DNA of 64,000 nt from IMG/VR virus record IMGVR_UViG_3300020182_001907. One strand, given 5' to 3'. Of the stretch, positions 16,949-26,181 are shown piece by piece. Positions within the stretch are counted from its first letter, which is position 1; each line of letters starts with the position of its first letter. Source of the stretch: a virus. The notes under the pieces are model-generated. The model saw only the letters and a program-made list of their open reading frames with translations, ran no database searches and had not been told where the DNA came from. A program made the position numbers and the translations under genes.

Positions 16949-19613
16949 GTGCTTCTGAGTCCTTAATACGGGTAAGATCCCATCCCATAGCACCTAACAC
17001 GTTATTAATCTTCTTGTTAAGCACACTTTCCTCCATCAAGTCGTCATCAAAGGGTAACTCTTTGAACCATTGCGGCAACTGTAGTTCATCTGTAGGGTAT
17101 GCAACGTTTGTGTATCCCATTGCATTATTTTTAAGTCTACAAACAATAACTTTCATACCATCTGTTACTTGCATGCTGTATTGATCGCCATTCATTTTTT
17201 TAAGAATGTTCCAATGTATACTTGCAGTTACATGACCTGGCATCATGTTGTTTACGGGTTTGCCATCAATTAGGGGTTTACGTTTTTTAGCAAACGGATC
17301 CTCACCGCCTAAACCTTTGAGCTTGTTATACTTAACCGTGTATGGTGTTAAGTTGTTAACTCGTTTAGGCATACCTTTTTCCCAAGGATTAAGCCCTTGA
17401 AAATATGTTTTAAACTTTTTAATCTTTGCTATAACTTCTGTTTCTGGAACACCTTCTAGTGCGTTGTCTAATATTTCTTCTAGAAAGTCTTGAATAAATT
17501 CAGGGGTATCTGAACGTTTGATATCCATGCCCATGATTTTTAGTTTACCACCCTCGGGCTGGTATCCTTCAATATCCAAACACTTGATTGCATAACGCTT
17601 CTTGGTAATGAACAATCCTGATCTACCAACTACCTCCCTGCCTGCCTTCATTACTTGTCCAGCACTAATTGGTACGTTAAACTGTTTGTTCAACATATCA
17701 GGGAAAGTGTCACTTACTTGATCTGAAATAGTATCATACAGTTTAATAGCACTTTCCATGTCCAGCTCAGTGCCCTCTGGCAATACATTTGCTGCTGTAA
17801 AATATACGCTATCAGTATCTCCGTATATTATAGTCTCGCCACTATAGTCGTAGATTCCTGTGAGCAGTCTATTTGTTTCTGCTGCCATATGTTTTGTAAT
17901 GGCTCTGCCTGTAAGTGTGGTGCTCTGGCCAATACGTTTATCGAAAAAACGACACCCAGCATTAAGAATAGCGCCATATAATGAGTTAAGGTTAATTTTT
18001 TTAACCAACTGTCTTTTGTCCCAGAACGCAATATCAGCCGCAGTTGTTGCTGCTTTTTTCTTTGCTTGTAGTTCCTTCCTTTCTGCATACCACCTCTCTA
18101 ATAAGCCAGGAATGATTCCCTGAAAGTCCGTTTTAAATATAGTGCCATTTGCTGATATATTCCAAGGCTGCTCACCATTAAAAATTAAGTTATATATGTC
18201 AGCACCAGTCACTTCATGAGTGCTACCATCATCCATATCTAAATGCATGATATGATCAACGTCCTTACTTATCATAAATTCGTATTCACTAGTAGTAAAC
18301 TTTCCTACCCAAGCATCTGCAAACGACCTTTTTTCTAAAGACATCCTGTTATTAATTTCTTCATCTGTATAAGTTGGTCTAAGTTGACCCACAATAGTTT
18401 CCGGTCCCATATTGAGTGCACGAATTACACTAGGGTATAGACTGTTCAAGTCCATGCTGCCAATCCATTCATGGAATCCTTTCTTGGGAAAGGCAACAAA
18501 TGCACCTGCTGCTTTACCGTCCTTTTCTTCTCTGTGTCGATCAGGAACAACATACCCACGTCTGTGCGCTTCGTTAATAATTGCTTGTTCTGTGGTTGCA
18601 ACAGCACCCATTGTGGTTGGTAGTAACACGGTGTTATCGTGTGCAATTGTATTTGCTAAATCAATAAACTGGAGCTTCTTGTCTAGTTTGTCTAGTAACA
18701 TAACGTCCTGAATATTGTATTCTAAAAACAGTTTAAAGTCATGATTATATAATCTATCTAAACTGCCTTCGTATGCAACCTTCTTCTCACCAACTTCCAT
18801 CTCTCCAATGAAGTCCAACCTATAACTGTGTCGTTCTTCGTAGTTGTACTTCTGGTACAGTTGCATATAGTCTAAGTGAATGCGCCCTATTAAATCATAT
18901 GTCTGTGATTCCTTACCGTAACGTTCAAACACTCTTTCTTTTGGACGTTGATCCCACAAACACAATTTTCTAGTCTCTGCTTTGCCCAATACTTTTATAA
19001 TACGATTAGTAGTGTACGGTATATCATAACCTTCCGAATTCCAACCGCTTAATACATCAGCATCATCAATCACCATTAAAAACTTTTGCAACATTTCCTT
19101 TTCCGTTTCACACAACATGACTTCGGGCATGTCAGAGACAATTGATTCTGCTTGCTTCCAGCTTAGTGTTTTGGGAGGAACAGCCAAACAAATCATAGCG
19201 TCCATCCATTGCAGGTAGACGCCTATGCTTGTTATTTCCATAAATGCTTCTTCAGGTGAACTATATCCTCTCTCAGGATCAAAGTCTACCTCGATGTCAA
19301 AAAATGCTGTTTGGAGTACAGGTTGATCAGCACCTGAATAGTGCTTTGCAATAGTTTTGTTAACAGGTTTAATGTCGCTTTCAAACATCTTATTATGTCT
19401 GTTAAAGGCAACATTCTTTCGGAAGTCCTTGAGATTTTTACATCTTATCTCAGCTACGGGATCACCGTAAATACTGCGATGGCTACCACGAGGATCTGAA
19501 ACATAAAAGTTGTATTCAGGCCTGTGGTCCACTAATATACGCTTACCATCAACACGTTCTACGACTCGAACGAGGTCTTTGTGTTTGTCGTAGAATGCAT
19601 CTACGTATGACAT
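16926..19613 (-). CDS. Family B DNA polymerase
   Basis: Exonuclease FFDIEVD, GWNSEGYDIPY, YNIQD; polymerase DLNSLYPS, KINLNSLYG, YGDTDS, KKRY. Confidence 0.97.
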   Translation of the reverse strand: MSYVDAFYDKHKDLVRVVERVDGKRILVDHRPEYNFYVSDPRGSHRSIYGDPVAEIRCKNLKDFRKNVAFNRHNKMFESDIKPVNKTIAKHYSGADQPVLQTAFFDIEVDFDPERGYSSPEEAFMEITSIGVYLQWMDAMICLAVPPKTLSWKQAESIVSDMPEVMLCETEKEMLQKFLMVIDDADVLSGWNSEGYDIPYTTNRIIKVLGKAETRKLCLWDQRPKERVFERYGKESQTYDLIGRIHLDYMQLYQKYNYEERHSYRLDFIGEMEVGEKKVAYEGSLDRLYNHDFKLFLEYNIQDVMLLDKLDKKLQFIDLANTIAHDNTVLLPTTMGAVATTEQAIINEAHRRGYVVPDRHREEKDGKAAGAFVAFPKKGFHEWIGSMDLNSLYPSVIRALNMGPETIVGQLRPTYTDEEINNRMSLEKRSFADAWVGKFTTSEYEFMISKDVDHIMHLDMDDGSTHEVTGADIYNLIFNGEQPWNISANGTIFKTDFQGIIPGLLERWYAERKELQAKKKAATTAADIAFWDKRQLVKKINLNSLYGAILNAGCRFFDKRIGQSTTLTGRAITKHMAAETNRLLTGIYDYSGETIIYGDTDSVYFTAANVLPEGTELDMESAIKLYDTISDQVSDTFPDMLNKQFNVPISAGQVMKAGREVVGRSGLFITKKRYAIKCLDIEGYQPEGGKLKIMGMDIKRSDTPEFIQDFLEEILDNALEGVPETEVIAKIKKFKTYFQGLNPWEKGMPKRVNNLTPYTVKYNKLKGLGGEDPFAKKRKPLIDGKPVNNMMPGHVTASIHWNILKKMNGDQYSMQVTDGMKVIVCRLKNNAMGYTNVAYPTDELQLPQWFKELPFDDDLMEESVLNKKINNVLGAMGWDLTRIKDSEALDTFFDF

Positions 19614-19630
19614 GTGTGTACTCCTAAAGA

Positions 19631-19689
19631 TTGGGTCGGGGAGATGCGTCTCCCCAGTTTATGCCGTCATGCGCTCAGGAGGCACCCAA
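19631..19689 (-). promoter_or_regulatory. Structured 5' leader of the DNA polymerase gene
   Basis: GC-rich stems TTGGGT/ACCCAA and GGGGAGA-CGCA-TCTCCCC directly upstream of the AGGAG RBS. Confidence 0.55.
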
Positions 19690-19696
19690 AAGGGTT

Positions 19697-19960
19697 TTAT
19701 AATGTACGACCAACAGTTTCTAGAATAGTTTCTAGTTCGTCATACTTGTCTTGTTCGTCAGTCCATGCTGCTTTGTGTGCAATGTTGATTGCTTTGTTAA
19801 GTACAGCAGGCTTGAGGTCCATTTCTTCTGCAATTGCTTTAACAGTGTCACGTAAGCCTTCAGATAAGATATCTACCTCTGCTTTAACTTGGCAGCCTTC
19901 ATCAATTAGTTTCTTAAGTCGTGCTTGTTCTTCGCCGTTAAATGTTCTATTAAAAGCCAT
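19697..19960 (-). CDS. Phage dsDNA-binding protein (T4 DsbA/GapR-like)
   Basis: 87 aa helical protein LKKLIDEG...LRDTVKAIAEEMDLKPAVLNKAINIAHK. Confidence 0.6.
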   Translation of the reverse strand: MAFNRTFNGEEQARLKKLIDEGCQVKAEVDILSEGLRDTVKAIAEEMDLKPAVLNKAINIAHKAAWTDEQDKYDELETILETVGRTL

Positions 19961-19974
19961 ATTTGTATTCCTTC

Positions 19975-20178
19975 TTATGTGCGTGTGTTTATATTGATAT
20001 TGTTAATTATAGCAGGATTTGTTGTGTTGTCAACTGAAACATCTAGATAATAGCTAATTTTAAATGCGGGCATCTGATCAAAACTTATTTGTTCCAATAT
20101 GTTACGATCAGTAATACGATTACCTTGCGGATCATACGCTACAAATTCATTACCTGTGCGATGAACTTCTATTCTCAT
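19975..20178 (-). CDS. Hypothetical protein
   Basis: 67 aa ORF; also contains a TTGACA-N16-TATAAT promoter (20006-20033) for the downstream gene. Confidence 0.5.
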   Translation of the reverse strand: MRIEVHRTGNEFVAYDPQGNRITDRNILEQISFDQMPAFKISYYLDVSVDNTTNPAIINNININTRT

Positions 20179-20186
20179 ATTCTTAT

Positions 20187-21353
20187 TTATACGCTAACTT
20201 CAATCACTTGACTCATATTTTTTCCACCAAAGCCAAAACTGTTGTTAATCATTACAAGTTTATCTTTTTTAGGGAGAGCTTGGTTTAAAGTAGCAAGTTT
20301 ATTGTTTGTGTCAAAGGAACATATTTCTAAATTTTGGATATGCGGTACTGTACCTTGTTTCATTGATTCTATGCAGTATATTGTTTCTAACGTGCCTGCA
20401 CCACCTATAGTATGACCTACTTTGGACTTTGGAGCCCATATTACTGAGTCGGGTAGCGTTTTTGCTATAGCACTATATTCAACAACGTCTCCTACAGGAG
20501 TAGATGTAGCATGAGCGCATACAGCGTCCACTGTAGGATAGCCTGCATTCTTTAGTGCGCTTGTTATACTTTGTATTGCCCCTCTACCGTCCTCAGCAGG
20601 TGAAGTTATATGAAGACCTTCTGATGCATGTCCTGGAGTATACAGTTTAGCATGTGATGTACTGCCATACTCTTTGGCTTTCTCTTCACTTTGTAATATC
20701 AACACACCTGCACCTTCCCCCATAACAAATCCTGATCTATAGTCATCAAATGGTTTATTGTCTGCTGAAATTGCTCCTATGGTTGTAAATCCTTTTAACG
20801 CCATAGGATAACATCCTGCATCAGCACTGCCAACAATAACATATTCGTATTCATCTAATAGTCGCATAGCATAATCTATACCTACTAATCCTGTTGCACA
20901 CGCAGCAGCAACACTAGTAGACATTCCATGAAACCCCCAATGGCTTACAACATGGTATGTTACCATATCTGTTATTCGGTTAATCATTCTTCTAGGTTGT
21001 ACTTTGCGATTTTCTAGTAATTTAGAAAAGTCAGTAGATACAAACTCTCCTTCGCTTAAAGTAGAGGATATAATAACTGCTACGTCTTTTTTTATTGGTA
21101 GTTTAGAGTGAGATATTGCAATATTTGTAGCATGCATTGCAAACTTTTGCGCTCTTGTTAATGCTCTAGGTTTAAACCCTTCTGGATATTCTATACAGTT
21201 ATCATCAACCATGTATCCTCGATTTATGGGATAATCAGACATAAAATCTAACTGTTTGATATAATCATGATCATCTAACATCCTGTTAAATGATGATAAT
21301 GAATTATTGCCTAACACGTCAATAGAACCATAACCTACAACATGAGCTTGCAT
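20187..21353 (-). CDS. Beta-ketoacyl-ACP synthase (FabF-like)
   Basis: Cys-His-His triad: AACATG, HATSTPVGD, KSKVGHTIGGAG; GFVMGEGAG, NSFGFGGKN. Confidence 0.92.
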   Translation of the reverse strand: MQAHVVGYGSIDVLGNNSLSSFNRMLDDHDYIKQLDFMSDYPINRGYMVDDNCIEYPEGFKPRALTRAQKFAMHATNIAISHSKLPIKKDVAVIISSTLSEGEFVSTDFSKLLENRKVQPRRMINRITDMVTYHVVSHWGFHGMSTSVAAACATGLVGIDYAMRLLDEYEYVIVGSADAGCYPMALKGFTTIGAISADNKPFDDYRSGFVMGEGAGVLILQSEEKAKEYGSTSHAKLYTPGHASEGLHITSPAEDGRGAIQSITSALKNAGYPTVDAVCAHATSTPVGDVVEYSAIAKTLPDSVIWAPKSKVGHTIGGAGTLETIYCIESMKQGTVPHIQNLEICSFDTNNKLATLNQALPKKDKLVMINNSFGFGGKNMSQVIEVSV

Positions 21354-21420
21354 AAAAAGTTTTCTCCTAATGTTATGCTATTACTTATAGTGATTTAATT
21401 TATGATTGGTATATTTTGGT

Positions 21421-21930
21421 TTATCTGTTAAGTAACCTTACTTGTGATATTAAGTCTAGATCATTAGCATAGTGTTTTTCTATAAACTTTGTATTAACTG
21501 ATGTTACTACTTTCTCATTACAAACATTATACCTAACATTTTTATCGACTGCTAGATTATAATAATCAATTATGTTGTTAACTACCTCACTATCGTACAT
21601 CCAGTAATCAATATCAGCAAAATCCTTTACAGCATCCATATAAACTGTTTGGGGGACAAAATGCTTATTATTTTTGAGATAATTTTCAAAGTTAATTGGT
21701 TCAGGGAACATAAAATCTCGACCGGTTTGTAGGTACATGTTCACTGCACTAATAAACCTATCAGTAGGATCACGTAGAATTACTACGTGTTTAGACAAAG
21801 GAACGTCACTAGGAATTTCTCTTGTCCAGTTGTTATAATCTTTGTTTGCTCTAATAGCAGTAGAAGCGTTTTTTGGTATTTGCAAAAAAGCCAGTTGCTG
21901 ATCTGCAGGAACCATTGTGTATATTACCAT
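21421..21930 (-). CDS. Sulfotransferase family 2-like protein
   Basis: FLQIPKNASTAI (5'-PSB), LRDPTDRFISA (3'-PB), HFVPQ. Confidence 0.75.
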   Translation of the reverse strand: MVIYTMVPADQQLAFLQIPKNASTAIRANKDYNNWTREIPSDVPLSKHVVILRDPTDRFISAVNMYLQTGRDFMFPEPINFENYLKNNKHFVPQTVYMDAVKDFADIDYWMYDSEVVNNIIDYYNLAVDKNVRYNVCNEKVVTSVNTKFIEKHYANDLDLISQVRLLNR

Positions 21931-21950
21931 GTATGTATTTATATTAGGTT

Positions 21951-23558
21951 TTAATCTTCCAACCAGGATAGTGATAAAGCACTTCTAGTTATCTGTGCAG
22001 TTGATTCAACCAGCAAACTAATGGTGCTGCCTGGTGGGATATTTAAATTTAGAGTTTCCAAATTCTCACTTACACTTTCCAGCACGTCAATGATATACAA
22101 TGGTACATTATCACCCAAAGTCGTGACATCCTGTGTGTTGCTGTAATACACACTGCTCTGTGTCTCACTAACGGCTGTCCATTCTCTGGTGAAGCCTGGT
22201 TCAAAGTTAAACATAATATAAACTGCAACTGCTGTGGAACTGGCTTGTGTAAAGGCAGCATTGATATTTTTTAAGATAAACTCTCTGGTGTTAATTTTAT
22301 CCAGGAACAATGTTCTGTTTTTAATGCTGATAAGGTGCGTTAGGACATTAGCGCCAATGTTAGTGGTGTTGGAAGTCTGTGCTGCACTGGGAAATTTTGT
22401 AGGACGTATTAGGCCCTCAATAGCACCCATCATACTTGCACCACAAACACTCACTTCTTGTGCAATTGGCCCGCCGCTCAAGTTAGCAGCTATATAACCC
22501 ACTTTCAAACTGGGGTTATCTAAATGCACATCAGTGTTTTGGTTACTGTAATGAAGATGGTGAAAGAACACCAGATCACCAGTGTTAGGATCTTCAATAG
22601 CAAAACGCATTTCGCCAGCGCCTAGCCAACGGAAGTTAATTTGGTATACATTTAACTTTTGATGATCCAAATCCATACCGCTTGGTCCGTTGCCGTCCAG
22701 TGTGTCAATATTAAACGCACTCTGGTAAATCCATTGATCGTTGTGTATGAGTCCTGCTTGTCTAACACTGTTAGTCATTGTGACGGCGCCTGTGGTGCTG
22801 AATTCAAATAAGCCACCAAGAGGACCAACACTGGTGCTTAAAAAACTCACATGATCTTCACCTTCTTCTACAATCCACAGTAAATTGCCCACAAAATCTG
22901 CACGGACACCTACTGCAATTTCAGCAGCAGTCTGAGATATACTTGCGCCGCCTGATAATGTGATAGCAATGCTGTAGTCATTTAACGTAAGAGTAAGCGT
23001 TTCGCCACCGCCAGCTACAGCACCAGTAATTTCAAAACGATGTATGTGTGCTTTACCACCGTTTTGTCTCAGTATGCCAAAGTCTGATCCATTGTATCCA
23101 ACTTGCAATGCTTGTTCTTGTGTAAAGAACCCTGCTCGTTGGGTTGCACCAGGCTGCGGTGTTGAAAATTTAGCAGTAAATCTGGTTAGTGCGCCCTGTC
23201 CTGGACGATATCTCACAGCACGTCTACTACGTAATACACCATAACCGTTATTAGCAAGACCAGATTTAACTTCCATTAATGTGCCTGTGGTTCCCGCAGA
23301 ACCACTTGCTGGATTGCTATATGTTTCAAAGTCACGTTCTGGTAATCCATAAAGTCCGTCTAATTGGAATACAGGATTTATTATGGAAGTCATTATCTCA
23401 CCAAATGCGGATGTTGAGCCTGCATCAGCTGGTTTGGATGACGTGAGAGTTCTAATAACTGGCTCACCGCTAGTATTATATTGCATAGCAGTGTGTAGAT
23501 TATTTAAATTCCAATTTGTGCTGTTAGCGCCAGTGGGCGGATGTATATAATCTGTCAT
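21951..23558 (-). CDS. Hypothetical, probable virion structural protein
   Basis: 535 aa, Gly/Ser/Thr-rich beta composition. Confidence 0.5.
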   Translation of the reverse strand: MTDYIHPPTGANSTNWNLNNLHTAMQYNTSGEPVIRTLTSSKPADAGSTSAFGEIMTSIINPVFQLDGLYGLPERDFETYSNPASGSAGTTGTLMEVKSGLANNGYGVLRSRRAVRYRPGQGALTRFTAKFSTPQPGATQRAGFFTQEQALQVGYNGSDFGILRQNGGKAHIHRFEITGAVAGGGETLTLTLNDYSIAITLSGGASISQTAAEIAVGVRADFVGNLLWIVEEGEDHVSFLSTSVGPLGGLFEFSTTGAVTMTNSVRQAGLIHNDQWIYQSAFNIDTLDGNGPSGMDLDHQKLNVYQINFRWLGAGEMRFAIEDPNTGDLVFFHHLHYSNQNTDVHLDNPSLKVGYIAANLSGGPIAQEVSVCGASMMGAIEGLIRPTKFPSAAQTSNTTNIGANVLTHLISIKNRTLFLDKINTREFILKNINAAFTQASSTAVAVYIMFNFEPGFTREWTAVSETQSSVYYSNTQDVTTLGDNVPLYIIDVLESVSENLETLNLNIPPGSTISLLVESTAQITRSALSLSWLED

Positions 23559-23725
23559 ATGGTATCAGTCTTTTTCCGTAAGTTATCAGTCCTGCTTTTT
23601 TTAAAAGAAAACTCAGGATTAGCTGTTAGTTGTGCTGGATCTTTAACGTCATTAATTTTTCTTTTACTAGGATCTTTAATATCCTTTGGATTAGATTTTT
23701 TACCTATAATATCTTCTATAAACAT
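23555..23725 (-). CDS. Small basic protein (56 aa)
   Basis: MFIEDIIGKKSNPKDIKDP...; fills the gap, ATGA overlap with the next gene. Confidence 0.5.
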   Translation of the reverse strand: MFIEDIIGKKSNPKDIKDPSKRKINDVKDPAQLTANPEFSFKKSRTDNLRKKTDTI

Positions 23726-24025
23726 TTAGATTTCCATGCTTGTTTCAAAGTCAAAGTCAAAATCAAATTCTTTATTAAGTTCATCTGAAATTTGTTCACC
23801 TTCTTCAAGACTAATTTGTTCGTTCAGCACAATTTCATAAATGTGTAAACCGTTTTGGCCTTCATATTCTGTAACAACTACACTGACTATATCCTGATCG
23901 TCAGTGTGAGAAGTGACCAATTTAACAGGAACAAGACTTTGAACAATATCATAGTATTCTATAACGTCTTCATGATCTAATTCACTGGCAGTTACTAGCC
24001 TGCAAAAATGTTTTATAAAGTCCAT
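23726..24025 (-). CDS. Hypothetical acidic protein
   Basis: 99 aa; ATG 5 nt after GATAAATA. Confidence 0.6.
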   Translation of the reverse strand: MDFIKHFCRLVTASELDHEDVIEYYDIVQSLVPVKLVTSHTDDQDIVSVVVTEYEGQNGLHIYEIVLNEQISLEEGEQISDELNKEFDFDFDFETSMEI

Positions 24026-24029
24026 AACA

Positions 24030-24818
24030 CTATTTATCTAATTTCTTCAATATTTTTAGCAAAGGGTGCTTCTTATCGTGGCCATTGTGATGGTTGGCAT
24101 GTAATGCTTCAAACGGTATTAACCACCATCCCCAATAAAAATTATGTGCGTTATGGTAAATACGAGGATGTGCTATGTGCTTTCCGCCTATTTTACCGCT
24201 ATGATTTAGTATTCCTAGCATCTCGCCGAGAACAAAGTACAATACTGGTATTGCATAGAAATACACAAAATAATCTAACCCTGCGGATAGAAAACCTATA
24301 CTTGTAACAGCTAATGTTAGTACAAAATATTTTTCAAAAAATATTGCTGCAGGATCATTCATTAGATGTTGCACACTAACAAAACATTTTTTTTGTTGAT
24401 AAGGCGGCAGGTGATCTAAACTAAATTTATGATTTGAATACCACATTACTTTAAAAAATCCTCGATGCTTGGGACTATGTGGATCTAATTCTGTATCCAC
24501 GTATCTATGATGCATATAATGTATTAACGCCCAACTTACAGTAGGAGTTACAATATAAGCAGTGCTAAAAAAATTCAAAATAAATCTCAATGTGGTTGAT
24601 TTAATTTTAATCAGTTTATGTGTGTTTATAAAATGGGTGTTTGTCATTAGCACTGCAAAAATACAATATGAAAAAAATGCACTGTACAACAACATCATCA
24701 TGTCAATAGGATAAACTGTAAAGTATACTAATATTCCGATAGGTAGTATAACCTGAGACCACCAACTTTTTATTCGATACTTTAGAATTTTATCTTTTTG
24801 GGTGTGTACAAAATCCAT
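24030..24818 (-). CDS. Membrane fatty-acid desaturase (delta-9-like)
   Basis: His boxes HFINTH, HYMHHRYVDTELDPHSP, HANHH plus TM helices. Confidence 0.85.
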   Translation of the reverse strand: MDFVHTQKDKILKYRIKSWWSQVILPIGILVYFTVYPIDMMMLLYSAFFSYCIFAVLMTNTHFINTHKLIKIKSTTLRFILNFFSTAYIVTPTVSWALIHYMHHRYVDTELDPHSPKHRGFFKVMWYSNHKFSLDHLPPYQQKKCFVSVQHLMNDPAAIFFEKYFVLTLAVTSIGFLSAGLDYFVYFYAIPVLYFVLGEMLGILNHSGKIGGKHIAHPRIYHNAHNFYWGWWLIPFEALHANHHNGHDKKHPLLKILKKLDK

Positions 24819-25574
24819 TTATGCTCCTTTTGTTAGCAGGAAACTGCTTACTGTTGCATTAGAATTATCATACTCCATTCCATCAATGTAACAAAACTCT
24901 GATATATTAGATTTGAATGTGTATAATTTTTCTAACCATCTCATGTTCTGTATATTTATAAAATGCTTAATATTGTCTTTTTGTAATTCACTAAGATCCT
25001 TTACTAAAACACCATTGTTTACAAAATACATATAATCTTTGATATTCTTAAGATCATCTGTAGTGCACTCCACACAACCGTATTGTTCCTTTCTTCGTGG
25101 CATTAAATAGAAATAAGCATTGAGAGGCGATACAAATGATATAAGTAATTTACCGCCTGGTTTTGTTGCAGCTAACAATTTGTCCAAATCGTCTAAATAT
25201 CTACTGTTAAGAGTATGGTTAAATACATTATATGCAAAAACAAAATCATAGTAGTTATCAATAAGCTCAATATCTTCTAGATCTTGTTCTAGACTACTAT
25301 ATATTGTAGATGCTACTGGTCTAAATATCCAGTTTGCCTCAGGTATTTCTAATCTCGAAAGTTCTAACACAACTTGATCTACATCCACACATGTATAGTT
25401 ACTTGGATGTATTTCATTTGATGCCATACCATCTCGCAGCAAATAACCCACATTGCCGCCCCAATCTAGTATGCGCATGTTCTCAGGCAATGATTCGACA
25501 CCTAGTGCATAACGTACTAAGCCAAGATGCTTTTTTTTATTAGACCTAATGCTTCTGGTGTTTAAAATTTTCAA
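24819..25574 (-). CDS. Class I SAM-dependent methyltransferase
   Basis: RILDWGGNVG, CVDVD, YDFVFAYNVFNH, TKPGGKL. Confidence 0.85.
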   Translation of the reverse strand: MKILNTRSIRSNKKKHLGLVRYALGVESLPENMRILDWGGNVGYLLRDGMASNEIHPSNYTCVDVDQVVLELSRLEIPEANWIFRPVASTIYSSLEQDLEDIELIDNYYDFVFAYNVFNHTLNSRYLDDLDKLLAATKPGGKLLISFVSPLNAYFYLMPRRKEQYGCVECTTDDLKNIKDYMYFVNNGVLVKDLSELQKDNIKHFINIQNMRWLEKLYTFKSNISEFCYIDGMEYDNSNATVSSFLLTKGA

Positions 25575-26181
25575 CGGGATTTGATTCTAAAATATTTAAA
25601 AATGTTTGTTCATAGGTGGTATCAAATAAAATATAAAGCACATACTGTGGAACTGAGTTTACATTATACGGACCTACTAGCTTTGTGGGATAGGGATCTT
25701 TCTCATTGCTTTTATAGCGTACTCTTTTTTTATCATTTATAAACATGATTGTCCTAATGATTTTTTTATTGTATTCATTTGTGTATATACATAGACCTTT
25801 ATATCCATGCTCTAGTGCAATTCGTATAGGGTAATCTTTGAGATATTGATGATACTGTGGACCAGTAATACTCTTATCAATGGGTGCATATACCCTGCTA
25901 CCACCAACTAAAATGTTTTTATCTAACACAAAAGGAAGATATCCAGATCCAAATAAATATTGTTCTGTCTCGCTGTCCTGATATATACAGTATCCAGAAC
26001 TTTCACCATCGTACGCTTTATCAATATATATTTTATATAGCAAACTGTTAGGTGCATTTTCCCAGTTAGTAAATTTAATGTTACTAGCTGCTGGTCGAGA
26101 ATCTAGGTCTGCTAGTTTACAAAAAGGAATAACTAAATCTATGTCGGTGTTACTGGTTACTTCTATAATATCTATGCTCAT
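25546..26181 (-). CDS. Hypothetical protein (possible GNAT-like fold)
   Basis: 211 aa ORF among tailoring genes; fold guess is weak. Confidence 0.5.
   Translation of the reverse strand: MSIDIIEVTSNTDIDLVIPFCKLADLDSRPAASNIKFTNWENAPNSLLYKIYIDKAYDGESSGYCIYQDSETEQYLFGSGYLPFVLDKNILVGGSRVYAPIDKSITGPQYHQYLKDYPIRIALEHGYKGLCIYTNEYNKKIIRTIMFINDKKRVRYKSNEKDPYPTKLVGPYNVNSVPQYVLYILFDTTYEQTFLNILESNPVENFKHQKH

Noticed and set aside
16926-19613. Intein or intron in the DNA polymerase
   Set aside because: Continuous 895-aa ORF with normally spaced motifs and no splicing signatures.
19631-19689. Hammerhead ribozyme or intrinsic terminator
   Set aside because: No CUGANGA/GAAA core and no U-tract after the hairpin.
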